DNA of 64,000 nt, taken from positions 81,978 through 145,977 of the IMG/VR virus record IMGVR_UViG_3300028591_000005. One strand, written 5' to 3'. The notes below the pieces were generated by a model that saw only the letters and a program-made list of their open reading frames with translations, made no database searches and had not been told where the DNA came from. Shown one piece after another: positions 46,972 through 57,720 of the stretch. How positions within the stretch are numbered: position 1 is the stretch's first letter; the number at the start of each line of letters is the position of its first letter. A program made the position numbers and the translations under genes. The DNA is from a virus. Taxonomy: Duplodnaviria; Caudoviricetes.

Positions 46972-48804
46972 TCAAATTAAATCTTTCTCAATATTAGCAC
47001 ATTTTAAATTGGCTGTTCTATGTTTTTTAATATCTGGATCGTTTAAATCATAAGTACCCTTTAAAAAAGGTATGTTTAAAAAACGATCTACGCCGCCAAA
47101 AGTCCATCCATGTTTGACAGATCTATATTCAACTTTACCTTCATCAACAAGCCGCTGTCGACATTCATCACAACATTGATAAAGAACTGCAACCGGTAAA
47201 CCATCTTCCTGGAATTCAATATCTTTATCATCAATATCGGTAGAAGGATAAGGTAAATATTTCAAAAATATATTTTCAAGATGATGTCCTTTAATTTCTG
47301 CATAAATTGCTTCATCTCTGCTATCATAAGAGTTTCTGAAAAATGGTTTCCCGCAATCAGGACAAATTTTAAAATAACGTTTTATACAATCTGTACAAAT
47401 ATCTCGACCATCTTTAGTAGTTATAATTTTATATTTACCATAATCATTTCCGCATATTGAACAGGATCTTTCTCTAATACATTTACGACAAAGAATTTTA
47501 CTAGTATCCGAATACCTGTCATTATAGCTACCTTCATCATAAATGTAAGGATCATCAAATGTAAGAACATCATCCATACAACAAGCACAAGGAGCCTTAC
47601 CTGAATAATTAATTATTATTGAATGAGGAACTTTATTTCTAACACACCAATAATCAGTATTAGGATCATTAAACATATCATTATACATTCCGCGAGAATC
47701 AAAAATAATATTATGTTTAATAGAAGTCTTATTATGAATCCACCGTCTATTATTTTCCATACGATAATAAGACCCCATATGGATCATATCACGATAAGGC
47801 TCAATTCCATATTCATAATCCTGATTCCAATTATTCTTTGCCAAATTCCTTAAAGTTTCAAGGGCAAACTGAGTAAAAGGCTTACTCGTATAAGGGTAAG
47901 GCTTACCACTAACAATAATTTCTTTAGTACAATAGAATAATTGTCTCCATTTTTTATTATTCCAAGTATAATTTTCTGTATCTTTCTGTTCTTTATCAAA
48001 TACAAAAGGAGTAGAACTATTAAGATAAACACAAATAACATTATTTGAATTCATCATTTCTACTGTGCCAACATGATAACAACCCTGATCTACCCAGGAC
48101 ATACAAGAAGTCCAATGATTAGCATTATCACTCATAGTAAGATAATCAAGTGGATGAATAGAAAAACACATTTCACACTTAATTTTCTTTGTATTCAGAA
48201 TAACAGAATATTTATTCTGAAAATCTATAAAATCATCATACAATGAAGGAACTTCTTTATCTACATCAAAATAAAGAAGAATTGCCCTTATTGCTCTCAT
48301 AATCTTCATTTTTTCATCAATACGTAAAGTATTTCTTTTAGAAGGTCTTTTAAATTTAAAATCAAAACCCGCGGTATTATCAATAAAACGAAAAACATTC
48401 AAAGGAGCCTGTATCTGATAGCAAACACGACCAATTTCTTCATTAGAAAAATTATCTTTTCTCAATATCTGAAAGAGTTTAGCAGACTCCATGGGCTTAT
48501 CACTTTCTCCATAGCAAAATCTTCCAAAATTCTTTATAAAAGGATGATATTGCTTAAGTTCATTAAATTCCATCTTTATTTGATACGGTTCTATTTCATA
48601 TTCATATGGAACTTTATAGATAAGCTGTCCACCAAGAAGTTTAAAAAGTTTCTTATTATTTGCTGCCCAATAAGAAAGATACTTTTCATTACCAACATAA
48701 CCATCCTGGATACCAAAAGTAGTAATATAATTCTCAATCAATTTATTATCTTTTTCAGTTAAATAATCAAAAAGATTAAGCATTATGCTCCTCCCAATAC
48801 TCAT
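46972..48804 (-). CDS. large conserved phage protein with Zn-finger-rich C-terminus
   Basis: 610 aa; SIHPLDYLTMSD..WTSCM motif, KKWRQL, several CxxC. Confidence 0.75.
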   Translation of the reverse strand: MSIGRSIMLNLFDYLTEKDNKLIENYITTFGIQDGYVGNEKYLSYWAANNKKLFKLLGGQLIYKVPYEYEIEPYQIKMEFNELKQYHPFIKNFGRFCYGESDKPMESAKLFQILRKDNFSNEEIGRVCYQIQAPLNVFRFIDNTAGFDFKFKRPSKRNTLRIDEKMKIMRAIRAILLYFDVDKEVPSLYDDFIDFQNKYSVILNTKKIKCEMCFSIHPLDYLTMSDNANHWTSCMSWVDQGCYHVGTVEMMNSNNVICVYLNSSTPFVFDKEQKDTENYTWNNKKWRQLFYCTKEIIVSGKPYPYTSKPFTQFALETLRNLAKNNWNQDYEYGIEPYRDMIHMGSYYRMENNRRWIHNKTSIKHNIIFDSRGMYNDMFNDPNTDYWCVRNKVPHSIIINYSGKAPCACCMDDVLTFDDPYIYDEGSYNDRYSDTSKILCRKCIRERSCSICGNDYGKYKIITTKDGRDICTDCIKRYFKICPDCGKPFFRNSYDSRDEAIYAEIKGHHLENIFLKYLPYPSTDIDDKDIEFQEDGLPVAVLYQCCDECRQRLVDEGKVEYRSVKHGWTFGGVDRFLNIPFLKGTYDLNDPDIKKHRTANLKCANIEKDLI

Positions 48805-49975
48805 TTACTTCATCAAGAATTCTAATACGGTCTGAATGTATAATATCATCAGGATTAATACCAAGCTCCTGATATATCTCGGCTTCAACATCTTCAGGGT
48901 TTTTGCCTTCATCAATTACATCTTTAAAGGCATTAATAACCTTATCGGCTAGTTCAGATGAATTCATTATCATATTCTCAAGACCTTCTGGAAAACCAAA
49001 CATAATTTTACACCACCTTTCTTTAATGACTTGGTACGAAAATTATTTTCTTAATTTTTTCAGGATCTCTCTCCCAGATATCCTTAAAAACATAATGTGC
49101 AGCATATTCTGCATCTTCCTTAGAAAGACCAAACTCTGCGAGTTTCTCTTCTATAAAATCTCCACAAAAAGGATAATCAGCACATCCTCTATAACCGCAA
49201 ATGTCATCACCAAAAACATATTTCTTCTTAAAGAGATTATTATTATCATCATCTTTAATAAGAATTTCGATAGAATCACAACTAATGCCACTTATAAAAG
49301 TAACATAACTTTTCATAAAATTACCCCTTTCTGATTTTCTATAATAATTATATCAAAAATTTTATAAAAAATCAAGGCGGTATCTTATACCGCCTTTAAT
49401 TTTGCCCTTGTGAGGACTGTTACCTTCGCATTATCTTCATATTTATCAAGAATTCTATCCTTAATAGTTGCGGAAACGAGGACTGAGGATCCTATTTCTA
49501 AAGTGATGTTTACAGTAGTGAACCACTTCAGTATCTTATTGTCATTAGTAACAAGTCTTACAATAGAAGATACACCATATTTAGTATGATAATTGCGGAT
49601 ATCAGTAAGAGTTGCGGGGACATCGACTATTTTTACTTGGTTCTCGTCTATCCACTCTGAAAGGTTACCACCCTTGCATCTTGCAGCACGCATCGCCGCA
49701 TTCACCTTTTCTTTTGTTCCAATAACATAACTACCGGTTCCCCACGCAGCGAAATTTACGTTACCTTCCATCGGAAATTCTATAACTTTATCCTCATAAC
49801 CTTCAGGTATAGTAGGAGAATGCCAATATAAAGAACGAGAAAATATAAAACCAGCATCCTTAAGAGTTTCTTTTACATTATAACTATCTGAAGGGAAGTA
49901 AATATATGTAATTCCCTGTTCATTAAAACCATTTTCCGCAATCCACTGCTGTTTCTTTTGTTCGAATTCAGTCAT
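48776..49975 (-). other. three hypothetical ORFs (48776-49003, 49023-49316, 49385-49975)
   Basis: ORFs with RBSs; the last has an OB-fold-like C-terminus (TKYGVSS..KWFT). Confidence 0.65.
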
Positions 49976-50178
49976 AATCTACACTCCCTTTCCTTTAATT
50001 AATTCCAAAATCCGCCAAAGTATAAAATAACTACATTAACAATAGTTGCAAATAAGCTAATAAAGAAATTATCTTTACCTTCCCTTGGTTTACCATGATT
50101 TTGCATAACTATTCCAAGATTAAGACAATACATGACAATTATAATTATTTGAGGTACTCCCATACTACTTCTCCTTTA

Positions 50179-50694
50179 TTAATAATTCTGAACAACTCTT
50201 AAGCTACCACCACATTTACAAGTATAGTATCCAGGATACTGAACAACTTTACCAGCTCTGTGATATCTGCCCACCATTTTACCACAAGTATTGCAATATA
50301 CACAATATTTATAAACTGCGGTATCTTCAACAGTCCTTTCTACTTCAGTAGTTGTGCCGTCATTTTTAGTGCCAATTTTAGCACACATAGCTTTAAAAAC
50401 TGCATCATGACCATGTCTGACCCCTGTATCAATAGTAACAAGAGCATGAGCACACTCATGATAAATAACATCAATGATGCACTGATCAGTTGCAGTTTCA
50501 AGAAACTGTGCAGAAAATTCAATCCTATAGGGCCAGACATCTTCTCCGCATTTACGACACATACATCTTCCGAGAGTTTTTGTTAATCTCTTATTAATAC
50601 TAATTTCAATATTCTGTTTATCAAAATCATATCCGCCTTTTTCAAAAGCTTCAACAACATGAACCATAATATCCTTAAAAGTCATAAATAACAC
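50179..50694 (-). CDS. SprT-like zinc metalloprotease
   Basis: RLTKTLGRC, HECAH, HGHD..F, C-terminal CxxC..CxCG. Confidence 0.85.
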   Translation of the reverse strand: MLFMTFKDIMVHVVEAFEKGGYDFDKQNIEISINKRLTKTLGRCMCRKCGEDVWPYRIEFSAQFLETATDQCIIDVIYHECAHALVTIDTGVRHGHDAVFKAMCAKIGTKNDGTTTEVERTVEDTAVYKYCVYCNTCGKMVGRYHRAGKVVQYPGYYTCKCGGSLRVVQNY

Positions 50695-51023
50695 CCCTTT
50701 CTTTATCTTACATATATATTATAATATAAATTTTTTAAAAAATCAAATAAGAGATGCGGAGATCGACTTACGCATCTCTAGATTAGATTAGAGGTTCTTT
50801 AAGCGGATTCCCGCATTACAATCCTTCTCTTTTTACTTTTTCTTTCTTAATAATAGGGAAAAAATAATCACATTGTTTATTCTTTTCATTATAAAACAAT
50901 GCCACAGTATAAATTCCGGGTCCATGTTTCTGGCCTCTCCTACACAGATCTTTATTAGGACATTTATCAGCATTTCCGCATAAACAAATATCATATTCAA
51001 ACATAATTATAACACTTCCTTTC

Positions 51024-51740
51024 TTAATCTCTATAACCTGCCCAATCAATAACAATAGGGGCATTATTTTCATCAAAACCAAGATTTGCACGATGAAGGT
51101 CTCTGTGTATATGATGTTCCTGGATATACTCACAGAATTTTCTCATCATTTCCGCACCATAATATTCAATCGCTGCGAGAGCCCAGTTCTCAGGAAGGCA
51201 ATAAAAATCATCTGAATGTTCAGCATAATATTTAGAAGTATTATCAGATACTTTCTTAAAGTCATCTCTAAACATATCCGCACAGCACTTGCAAATTTTC
51301 TTCTGAATATAAATAGGATAAGAATGTTTCCAATTATAAAACTGAGTATCAGGGAAAAACTTACCAAAGCCATCTTCTACTGCTCTCTCATACTTGCAGA
51401 GTTCATTCTCGCAATAGTCCCAATTTTCTACGTAATCTTCGCCTAAATCATTGGCTTTATAGAAACCAATAAATTCGTCATCTTCATATTCATCAGTTTC
51501 ATTATTATATACTTCATACCACATTCCGTTGAAGGGGATCTTGATAACATAATCACTTTCTTCAGGAATGATAACTAACTTGGTACAACCAAAACGGATT
51601 TCCGCATTTATATCATTTCTTTTGAGAACATTATAAATGTCCTCTTCCTCACGAAGAAAGTCATCATATTCACAAACACCAAAATCATTAGGAATATCTA
51701 TTAATTCGATTATTTTATCAATTAATTCTTTGTTCATCAT
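51024..51740 (-). CDS. protein-kinase-like fold enzyme
   Basis: GCTKLV..VIKIP, ENE, HRDLHRANLG, VIDWAG. Confidence 0.75.
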   Translation of the reverse strand: MMNKELIDKIIELIDIPNDFGVCEYDDFLREEEDIYNVLKRNDINAEIRFGCTKLVIIPEESDYVIKIPFNGMWYEVYNNETDEYEDDEFIGFYKANDLGEDYVENWDYCENELCKYERAVEDGFGKFFPDTQFYNWKHSYPIYIQKKICKCCADMFRDDFKKVSDNTSKYYAEHSDDFYCLPENWALAAIEYYGAEMMRKFCEYIQEHHIHRDLHRANLGFDENNAPIVIDWAGYRD

Positions 51741-51811
51741 AATAAAACACTCCCTTTCCTTAACTTTCTATATACATTATATCAAAAATTTTTATAAAAA
51801 TAAAGGAGCAG

Positions 51812-52141
51812 TCATTTGACTGCCCCTTCAGGTGCTTGCTCTTCTATTGTTACTGTTCCTTCAAAGACTCCAAATACTGTATCTGCTCTGAACGTATGAG
51901 TTTCTGGAACTTCATCTTCCCGCATTGGACGAGTTAGATACCACAAATCATCATCTTTCCAAGTGATTTCTTCAAGCTTTTCACCAGGTGCAAGAATGAT
52001 TGTCATATCTCCACCCCAATTTCGTGCTGAGGTTTGCTGATTTACACAACTGTAAAATATTCCTACTACAAGTACGATTAAGACAATCGCGTAAAAGATA
52101 GCACCGCCATCTCCGCCACCTCGATTATCAAGTTTTCTCAT
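51812..52141 (-). CDS. membrane-anchored hypothetical protein
   Basis: One TM segment then ITWKDDDLWYLTRPM conserved-looking domain. Confidence 0.7.
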   Translation of the reverse strand: MRKLDNRGGGDGGAIFYAIVLIVLVVGIFYSCVNQQTSARNWGGDMTIILAPGEKLEEITWKDDDLWYLTRPMREDEVPETHTFRADTVFGVFEGTVTIEEQAPEGAVK

Positions 52142-52150
52142 TAATCCTCC

Positions 52151-52573
52151 TTAATAACTATCATAAAAAGTCACTTCAATATCAGTTTCTTCAAGGAAAC
52201 CATATTCTATATCTTCAACAAGTTCAGTAAGTTTGAATATTGCATCAACAATAGGTCTAATACCTACATGATAATCCCAAAGAGATTCTCTCTGCTCATA
52301 GATATGCTCATTAAGATTTTCTTTGAGTATCTGAAGAATATCTTCTATGTCTTTCATGGTAAGAACATAATCACCAGTTTCATAGCCTTCTTCATCTTTA
52401 GGGCAAGGCGGAAGAATTTCAACTATCTCACGTCTAAGACCCCAAAATTTTCTGAAATAACCAAAATCATAGCCTTTAAAATCTTCATCATAACTATCTT
52501 TCCACTTAGCTTTAAGGTATTTTTTACCGCGGCTAGTGAGACCTTTTACGATAAAACCATTCTCTAAGCCCAT
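52151..52573 (-). CDS. hypothetical phage protein
   Basis: MGL..YFRKFW..YDSY pattern, RBS. Confidence 0.7.
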   Translation of the reverse strand: MGLENGFIVKGLTSRGKKYLKAKWKDSYDEDFKGYDFGYFRKFWGLRREIVEILPPCPKDEEGYETGDYVLTMKDIEDILQILKENLNEHIYEQRESLWDYHVGIRPIVDAIFKLTELVEDIEYGFLEETDIEVTFYDSY

Positions 52574-52754
52574 ATTATACCTCCCCGATTATTTTAACAA
52601 TAGATGCACCAAAGTTCATCCAAATGTTTAAAGGCAGGGATGCCTTAGTGCAGAAGTTACCATACTTACCGTTAGTATCTACATAAATATATTTTCTCAT
52701 ATTTATTCCCTCCCTTACTTTCTATATATATTATAATATAAATTTTTTTAAAAA

Positions 52755-53339
52755 TCAAGTATCATTAAAATCCCATGCTACACAAAGCAAATCGTCACGT
52801 TTAAGAGTTACATCTTTAGTCCATTTTGCGAAAAGTTCACGAGTATCAAAACCACGGCTAGTAATCACCGCATATCCATGCGGAGTTGCCTTTACATGCA
52901 CATCAACTTCGGGGTCAATAGCAACAATATCTGCCGCAAATTCCCAAGCTTTGTCACCATCAGGAATATCAAAGTCAAACATCCAACGAGTTCCTGCATT
53001 ACATTCTTTTGTTGCGGCGATGCCGGCAAGCTTAGAACTTATGCTGCAAAGGTTAAAATCCGGTTCATCAATAAGGAAATGTAACAACTGTTTATGAATT
53101 TTGACGGGATCACGACGATTTACTGAGTAATACATACGACTCATTTCACCTGGTTTTCCATGATTTACAAAATCGTAAAATTCAGTCTGTAATTCCGCAA
53201 CAGTCTTATGCGTAATAAATGAGACCCTACGCTCCGTGAAACCTTCGATCTCCGCATTATCCTTATTTCTTGATACGAAAAGAACTACATATATAGGTTT
53301 GTCATTAAATGATTCAGTTCCCCATTTAAAATTTTTCAT
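52755..53339 (-). CDS. hypothetical protein with primase-polymerase-like motifs
   Basis: SRNKDN, RMYYSVN, WMFDFD, TPHGY; assignment tentative. Confidence 0.5.
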   Translation of the reverse strand: MKNFKWGTESFNDKPIYVVLFVSRNKDNAEIEGFTERRVSFITHKTVAELQTEFYDFVNHGKPGEMSRMYYSVNRRDPVKIHKQLLHFLIDEPDFNLCSISSKLAGIAATKECNAGTRWMFDFDIPDGDKAWEFAADIVAIDPEVDVHVKATPHGYAVITSRGFDTRELFAKWTKDVTLKRDDLLCVAWDFNDT

Positions 53340-53376
53340 TCTTTCTCACTTTCCAACAAACTTCTTTATATTTACC

Positions 53377-54099
53377 TTAATTTCTAAATCCAGCCCAATC
53401 AATTAAAACAGGTCTGTCGTTTACATATCCATAGTTTTCATTATGAAAATCTGACAAATTCTCTTTATCTACAAAAGCGAGAAAACGAACAAACAATTCC
53501 TTACCGTAATAATCAATAGCATTACAGCACCATTCACTATAGAATCCATTGTCTTTGTAATTCTCATAAAACTTTTGAGATTCATTAGAAGGTATAGATA
53601 ATCCTTTAAGTCGAGCATCCATTAAAGTCACCGCTTTTTCCTGGATATAATATCTAATAGAATTCAGGGTGATGATGTATTCTTCGTCTGCAAAGAAATC
53701 TTTGATGCCTGCTTTCATAGCATAATCGTATCTAAAAATTTCATTTTCGCAATAATCCCAGCGGCTTGCGTTCTTTATATCTTCAGAGTGAAGATTTAAA
53801 TTAGCATTGGTGAAATCTGTAAATTCTAATTCATAATCATCATCCTCTTCATGCCATACTTCTTCATACGCTCCAAAAAAAGGAATTTTAATTACAAAAT
53901 CTAATTTCGTGGGGATAATGACGGCTTTAGACGCGCCTGTTGCAACCCAAACCGGAATTCCGCATCTTTCACATTCATGTTCAATAGCTTCAGCCTGTTC
54001 AAAATAGCCATCTTCATCGGCGCCTAAGGCTGTCTCCCCGCCAAGAACATGGTCAATCGCATTAATTATATCATTTACTATCTTAAAATTATAATCCAT
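53377..54099 (-). CDS. protein-kinase-like fold enzyme (paralogue of 51024-51740)
   Basis: GASKAV..VIKIPF, WDYCENE, SDFHNENYG, LIDWAG. Confidence 0.75.
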   Translation of the reverse strand: MDYNFKIVNDIINAIDHVLGGETALGADEDGYFEQAEAIEHECERCGIPVWVATGASKAVIIPTKLDFVIKIPFFGAYEEVWHEEDDDYELEFTDFTNANLNLHSEDIKNASRWDYCENEIFRYDYAMKAGIKDFFADEEYIITLNSIRYYIQEKAVTLMDARLKGLSIPSNESQKFYENYKDNGFYSEWCCNAIDYYGKELFVRFLAFVDKENLSDFHNENYGYVNDRPVLIDWAGFRN

Positions 54100-54228
54100 A
54101 TTTTCCTCTTCCCTTAACTTTCTATAATTATTATATCAAAAATTTTATAAAAAATAAAGTCACCGCTATTAAACAACATAGCGGTGACTTAGGAAAGGGG
54201 GTATATAGAAATGATTAACGATATAGGC

Positions 54229-55881
54229 TTATTTAATACTGTTTATATCTTCCATAACGTAGATTTCGAAACACGGCACTTTTGCACCATGATTATCTTC
54301 ATAATAACCTACATTGAGGACTTCTTTTCCGTCTTTGATATCTTCTCCGTCAAAAAGATAATATTCAAGAATATACCACGGCATAGTAAGAACATCACCG
54401 CAATAGATTTCTTCTACTTCTGTTTTATTTATATAAGCATCTAATTGAAAAACACGAATTTCATTTAATGCACATAACATTTTTATTATATCTTTAACCT
54501 GCATCATCTATAACACTTCCTTTCTTTAGGAAAAATCAGGGTCTTTTTCATGTTTTTAGAAGATTTCCGAAAAGGCGGAAAATTACGACCTGGCGGGAAA
54601 TAAAAATCTCCCGCCGTGTTGTAAAAGTAATTAAATATCCTTAAAGTAATCTTCAAGCTCGGCAAGTTCTCTTAAAAGAGTTGACTTAATGGTATCAATA
54701 TCTTTCTGATTGAAGATGTCAGGAGAAAGAAGCTTAAAGTAATCTGCATAAGCATTTACTGCCTTTACTCTTGCATCGCAAATTTCTTTCTTCTTTTCAT
54801 CAATCTTCTTCTGTCTTTCTTCCTTTTCCTTCTTGCGGCGAGCGGCTGCGGAGAGTTCCTTTGAAATATCATCAGCATCCATTTCCGCAAAAATCATATC
54901 AAAAAGTTCCTCTATATTCTTAATCTTAGCCATTTTTTAAAAATTCCTTTCTTTTTATTCTATAAATATTATAGCAAAAATTTTGAAAAATGTCAACTCT
55001 TTTCCCAAAGTTGACGTTCTTTTTCATCAATTTCCGCAATGTACGGAGTGAAATCACGGTGTTCAAGACATCTATGACAAACCCACCAATAGCCATCTTC
55101 CAGACGCTCCCATCCGCATTGCTCGGGGGAGAATTTACATTCTTTTGAGCGGAGGGTATCCTTACAGATTTTACAGGTTGCTTTATAGGGTTTCCGCATC
55201 CATACTTTTTGAGTATAATCTTCATGCTTATTAAGAAGCCAACATTTTACATAGTCTATTGGGTTGTTGGATATTACAAAGTTCATAATGTTTCCTTTCT
55301 TATTTATTACTCTTTGTCGATATCAATATATCCATACCACATAGAGCCGAATAAGTTAATCGGAGTTCCTTCAAACTCAAATTTTCCCCACCAATCACCT
55401 TCCCAACTGGTAATATCAAGAAATTCTACACCAAAGTGATCACTGAATGCTGCGGCATTAATGTTTGAAATGTGAATAGAATCTGCCTTCTTCTCAATAA
55501 ATGCTCTTAACGCATCTTCAATGTCGTGAAAATCACATTTTCTATAATCAAGTTCAAGTTCCATCACTCTTCCTCCGCAATTTCTTCAAGTATATCTGTA
55601 GCATAGCACCAATGAGATATCTCACAATCAAGCCAAGAAGCATATTGTTCTCCGCAGGCTTCAGTATAAATATCATGATGATCAACTCTTATTATATCAT
55701 AATTAGGTCCATCATCATGGACGACAACTGATTCCTGGTAATCTCGTCTAATAACAATATAAAGATATGGAGCTATAGGAAGTACCTTATCGCCGAATGG
55801 ACTATAATCCCCAGCTATTCTTACGATAACATCTCTATTGGGTTCAGGCTTGCAAGTATTTGTTAATTTATGAAATTTCAT
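54229..55881 (-). other. cluster of small hypothetical ORFs
   Basis: 54229-54507, 54631-54933, 54993-55286, 55307-55567, 55564-55881. Confidence 0.6.
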
Positions 55882-56140
55882 AATATTCTCCTTATTTTAT
55901 ATAAATATTATATAATAAATTTTATTAAAAGTCAATAAAAATGGCGGAGGACTAGATTATGGCGGAATGAACCGGGTTCCCGCGTTAAAAATTTGGATAA
56001 GTAGGAAATGTGTTAAAAAAGGTTGTTAATTTTGTGGATAAGTAGATTTAGGATGAAGTTTCTTGGACAGATTTGATAAATTTAAATTGCATTAAAATAA
56101 TATAAAATGTAACAAAATGATGAACTTTAAGGAGGTTTTA

Positions 56141-56299
56141 ATGAAAGTAATTAGTGTTTCAGTTCCTGATGAATTAAAAAAAGAACTTGAGAATATTGCA
56201 GAGAAGGAAATGTGTTCTGTAGCGAGTGTTGCAAGACGCGCTATACAATACTATGTTGACTCGCGACAGCCGGTTTCCGCAGACAAAGAGGAAAAATGA
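56141..56299 (+). CDS. ribbon-helix-helix (CopG-like) regulator
   Basis: MKVISVSVPDELKKELENIAEKEMCSVASVARRAI; AAGGAGG RBS. Confidence 0.8.
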   Translation: MKVISVSVPDELKKELENIAEKEMCSVASVARRAIQYYVDSRQPVSADKEEK

Positions 56300-56300
56300 A

Positions 56301-56591
56301 ATGAAAATAATTATAACTATAGATTTAGAAAAATTAAATGGAGATATTCTTGCTCAATTAGCTTATGATTTAGGATGTCAGATAGAAGGTCCTAATATTC
56401 CTGTTAATAAATATACGGGTATAATATGGCTTAAAGAAAAAGATAAGTCAACTACTGATGAAGAATTAGAAGAATTATATATAAAATGGGAAGAAGAACA
56501 AGAAAGATTGAATGAGTTAATTGAAAAAGAGTATGATAAATATTATAGTGATATGCGGCAATGGTTAATTAACTATGCTTTAACACATTAA
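56301..56591 (+). CDS. hypothetical protein
   Basis: Coupled to the RHH gene. Confidence 0.6.
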   Translation: MKIIITIDLEKLNGDILAQLAYDLGCQIEGPNIPVNKYTGIIWLKEKDKSTTDEELEELYIKWEEEQERLNELIEKEYDKYYSDMRQWLINYALTH

Positions 56592-56600
56592 AGGAGTAAT

Positions 56601-56804
56601 ATGAATAAAGTCAAACAACCTAAAAATGAGGGGGATATATATGTAATTTATTCCCGTTGGTTGGCGGCCAAACTGAGGGATGCAGGATTCCCAATTATAA
56701 AAGTGAAGGCAAATCCGCGTAAGCCGGAGTTTGATTGCTACCTTTTTAAAAACTCATCTGAATTTCAAGAATCATTAACTGAAATTTCGAAGAGAAAAGA
56801 GTGA
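56601..56804 (+). CDS. DUF5659-like small protein
   Basis: IYSRWLAAKLRDAGF..ANPRKP..YLFKNS pattern; AAGGAG RBS. Confidence 0.65.
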   Translation: MNKVKQPKNEGDIYVIYSRWLAAKLRDAGFPIIKVKANPRKPEFDCYLFKNSSEFQESLTEISKRKE

Positions 56805-56820
56805 AGGGGAGGGTCAAACT

Positions 56821-57432
56821 ATGCCAAATTATGATCAAGCGCCAAAGATTAAATATAATGGAGTAAAAGATCGTAGAAGTGAAGATTTACCTGGATACTC
56901 TAATAGAAGTGCATTATTGGAAGAAAAGATAATGCAAGGTATTGATGGAAAACATGCTGTTGCATTAAGGGTTATGTTATTTTTGACTGGTAATGCGGAG
57001 GGCTTCGGTGTCGCGCTTAAGACTATCACCGAGCGTACCAATATCTCCCAATCCGCATATTATAAAGCAAGAGATTGGTTAGAAGAGAAGGGTTGGATTA
57101 CATGTACTGATACTGAAATTATAGTGAACTATGATGTAATATATGGGGTGAAGACTACTTCTGAAAAGACTACTTCTGAAGAGCAGTCATGCGTCATGAC
57201 TACTTCTGAAAAGATATCTTTTGAAGCTACATCAATGGCGAAGACTACTTCTGAGAAGATATCTTCTGAAGAGACTACTTCTGAGAATATATCATTGACT
57301 ACTTCTGAAGAGAATTTGAAGACTATTTCTCAAGCTACACATAATAATATAATAGGGGATAATATAAATAATAATATAAGCGAGCCGCCAGAAGATGCTA
57401 TGAGAAAATTCATGAACGATTGGGGCTTCTAA
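56821..57432 (+). CDS. putative replication initiator (N-terminal HTH, repeat-encoded linker)
   Basis: LKTITERTNISQSAYYKARDWLEEKGWI wHTH-like; TTSE repeats. Confidence 0.6.
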   Translation: MPNYDQAPKIKYNGVKDRRSEDLPGYSNRSALLEEKIMQGIDGKHAVALRVMLFLTGNAEGFGVALKTITERTNISQSAYYKARDWLEEKGWITCTDTEIIVNYDVIYGVKTTSEKTTSEEQSCVMTTSEKISFEATSMAKTTSEKISSEETTSENISLTTSEENLKTISQATHNNIIGDNINNNISEPPEDAMRKFMNDWGF

Positions 57433-57465
57433 AAGGAAGCCCTATGAAGCATGACTACTTCTGAA
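57151..57465 (+). repeat. iteron-like 15-bp repeats
   Basis: Seven exact GACTACTTCTGA copies (57153, 57168, 57198, 57243, 57273, 57297, 57453) plus degenerate ones. Confidence 0.85.
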
Positions 57466-57644
57466 AATATATCTTGGGAAGAGGGGAGATAGAAAAAAAA
57501 TGGAATGTGATGAGGATATGATATGATATGAGATAATATGATATGGTATGATATAATATGCTGAGATTGTGGTGCGACTGGACCAGTCTGTATATGCTAT
57601 AATCGCCGTCCCCGCATTCGTTTTCCTTTCTCTTTCTTCTTTTG

Positions 57645-57720
57645 TTGACATTTATAAAAATTTATGTTATAATATAATTGTAAAATGGAGGAGTGAACCC
57701 TATCGGGTCACTCCTCTTTT
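57645..57720 (+). promoter_or_regulatory. consensus promoter immediately followed by a terminator
   Basis: TTGACA-17-TATAAT then GAGGAGTGA/TCACTCCTC hairpin and TTTT. Confidence 0.7.

Noticed and set aside
57151-57465. CRISPR array
   Set aside because: Repeats are 12-15 bp, often abutting, with no unique 30-40 nt spacers and no cas genes.
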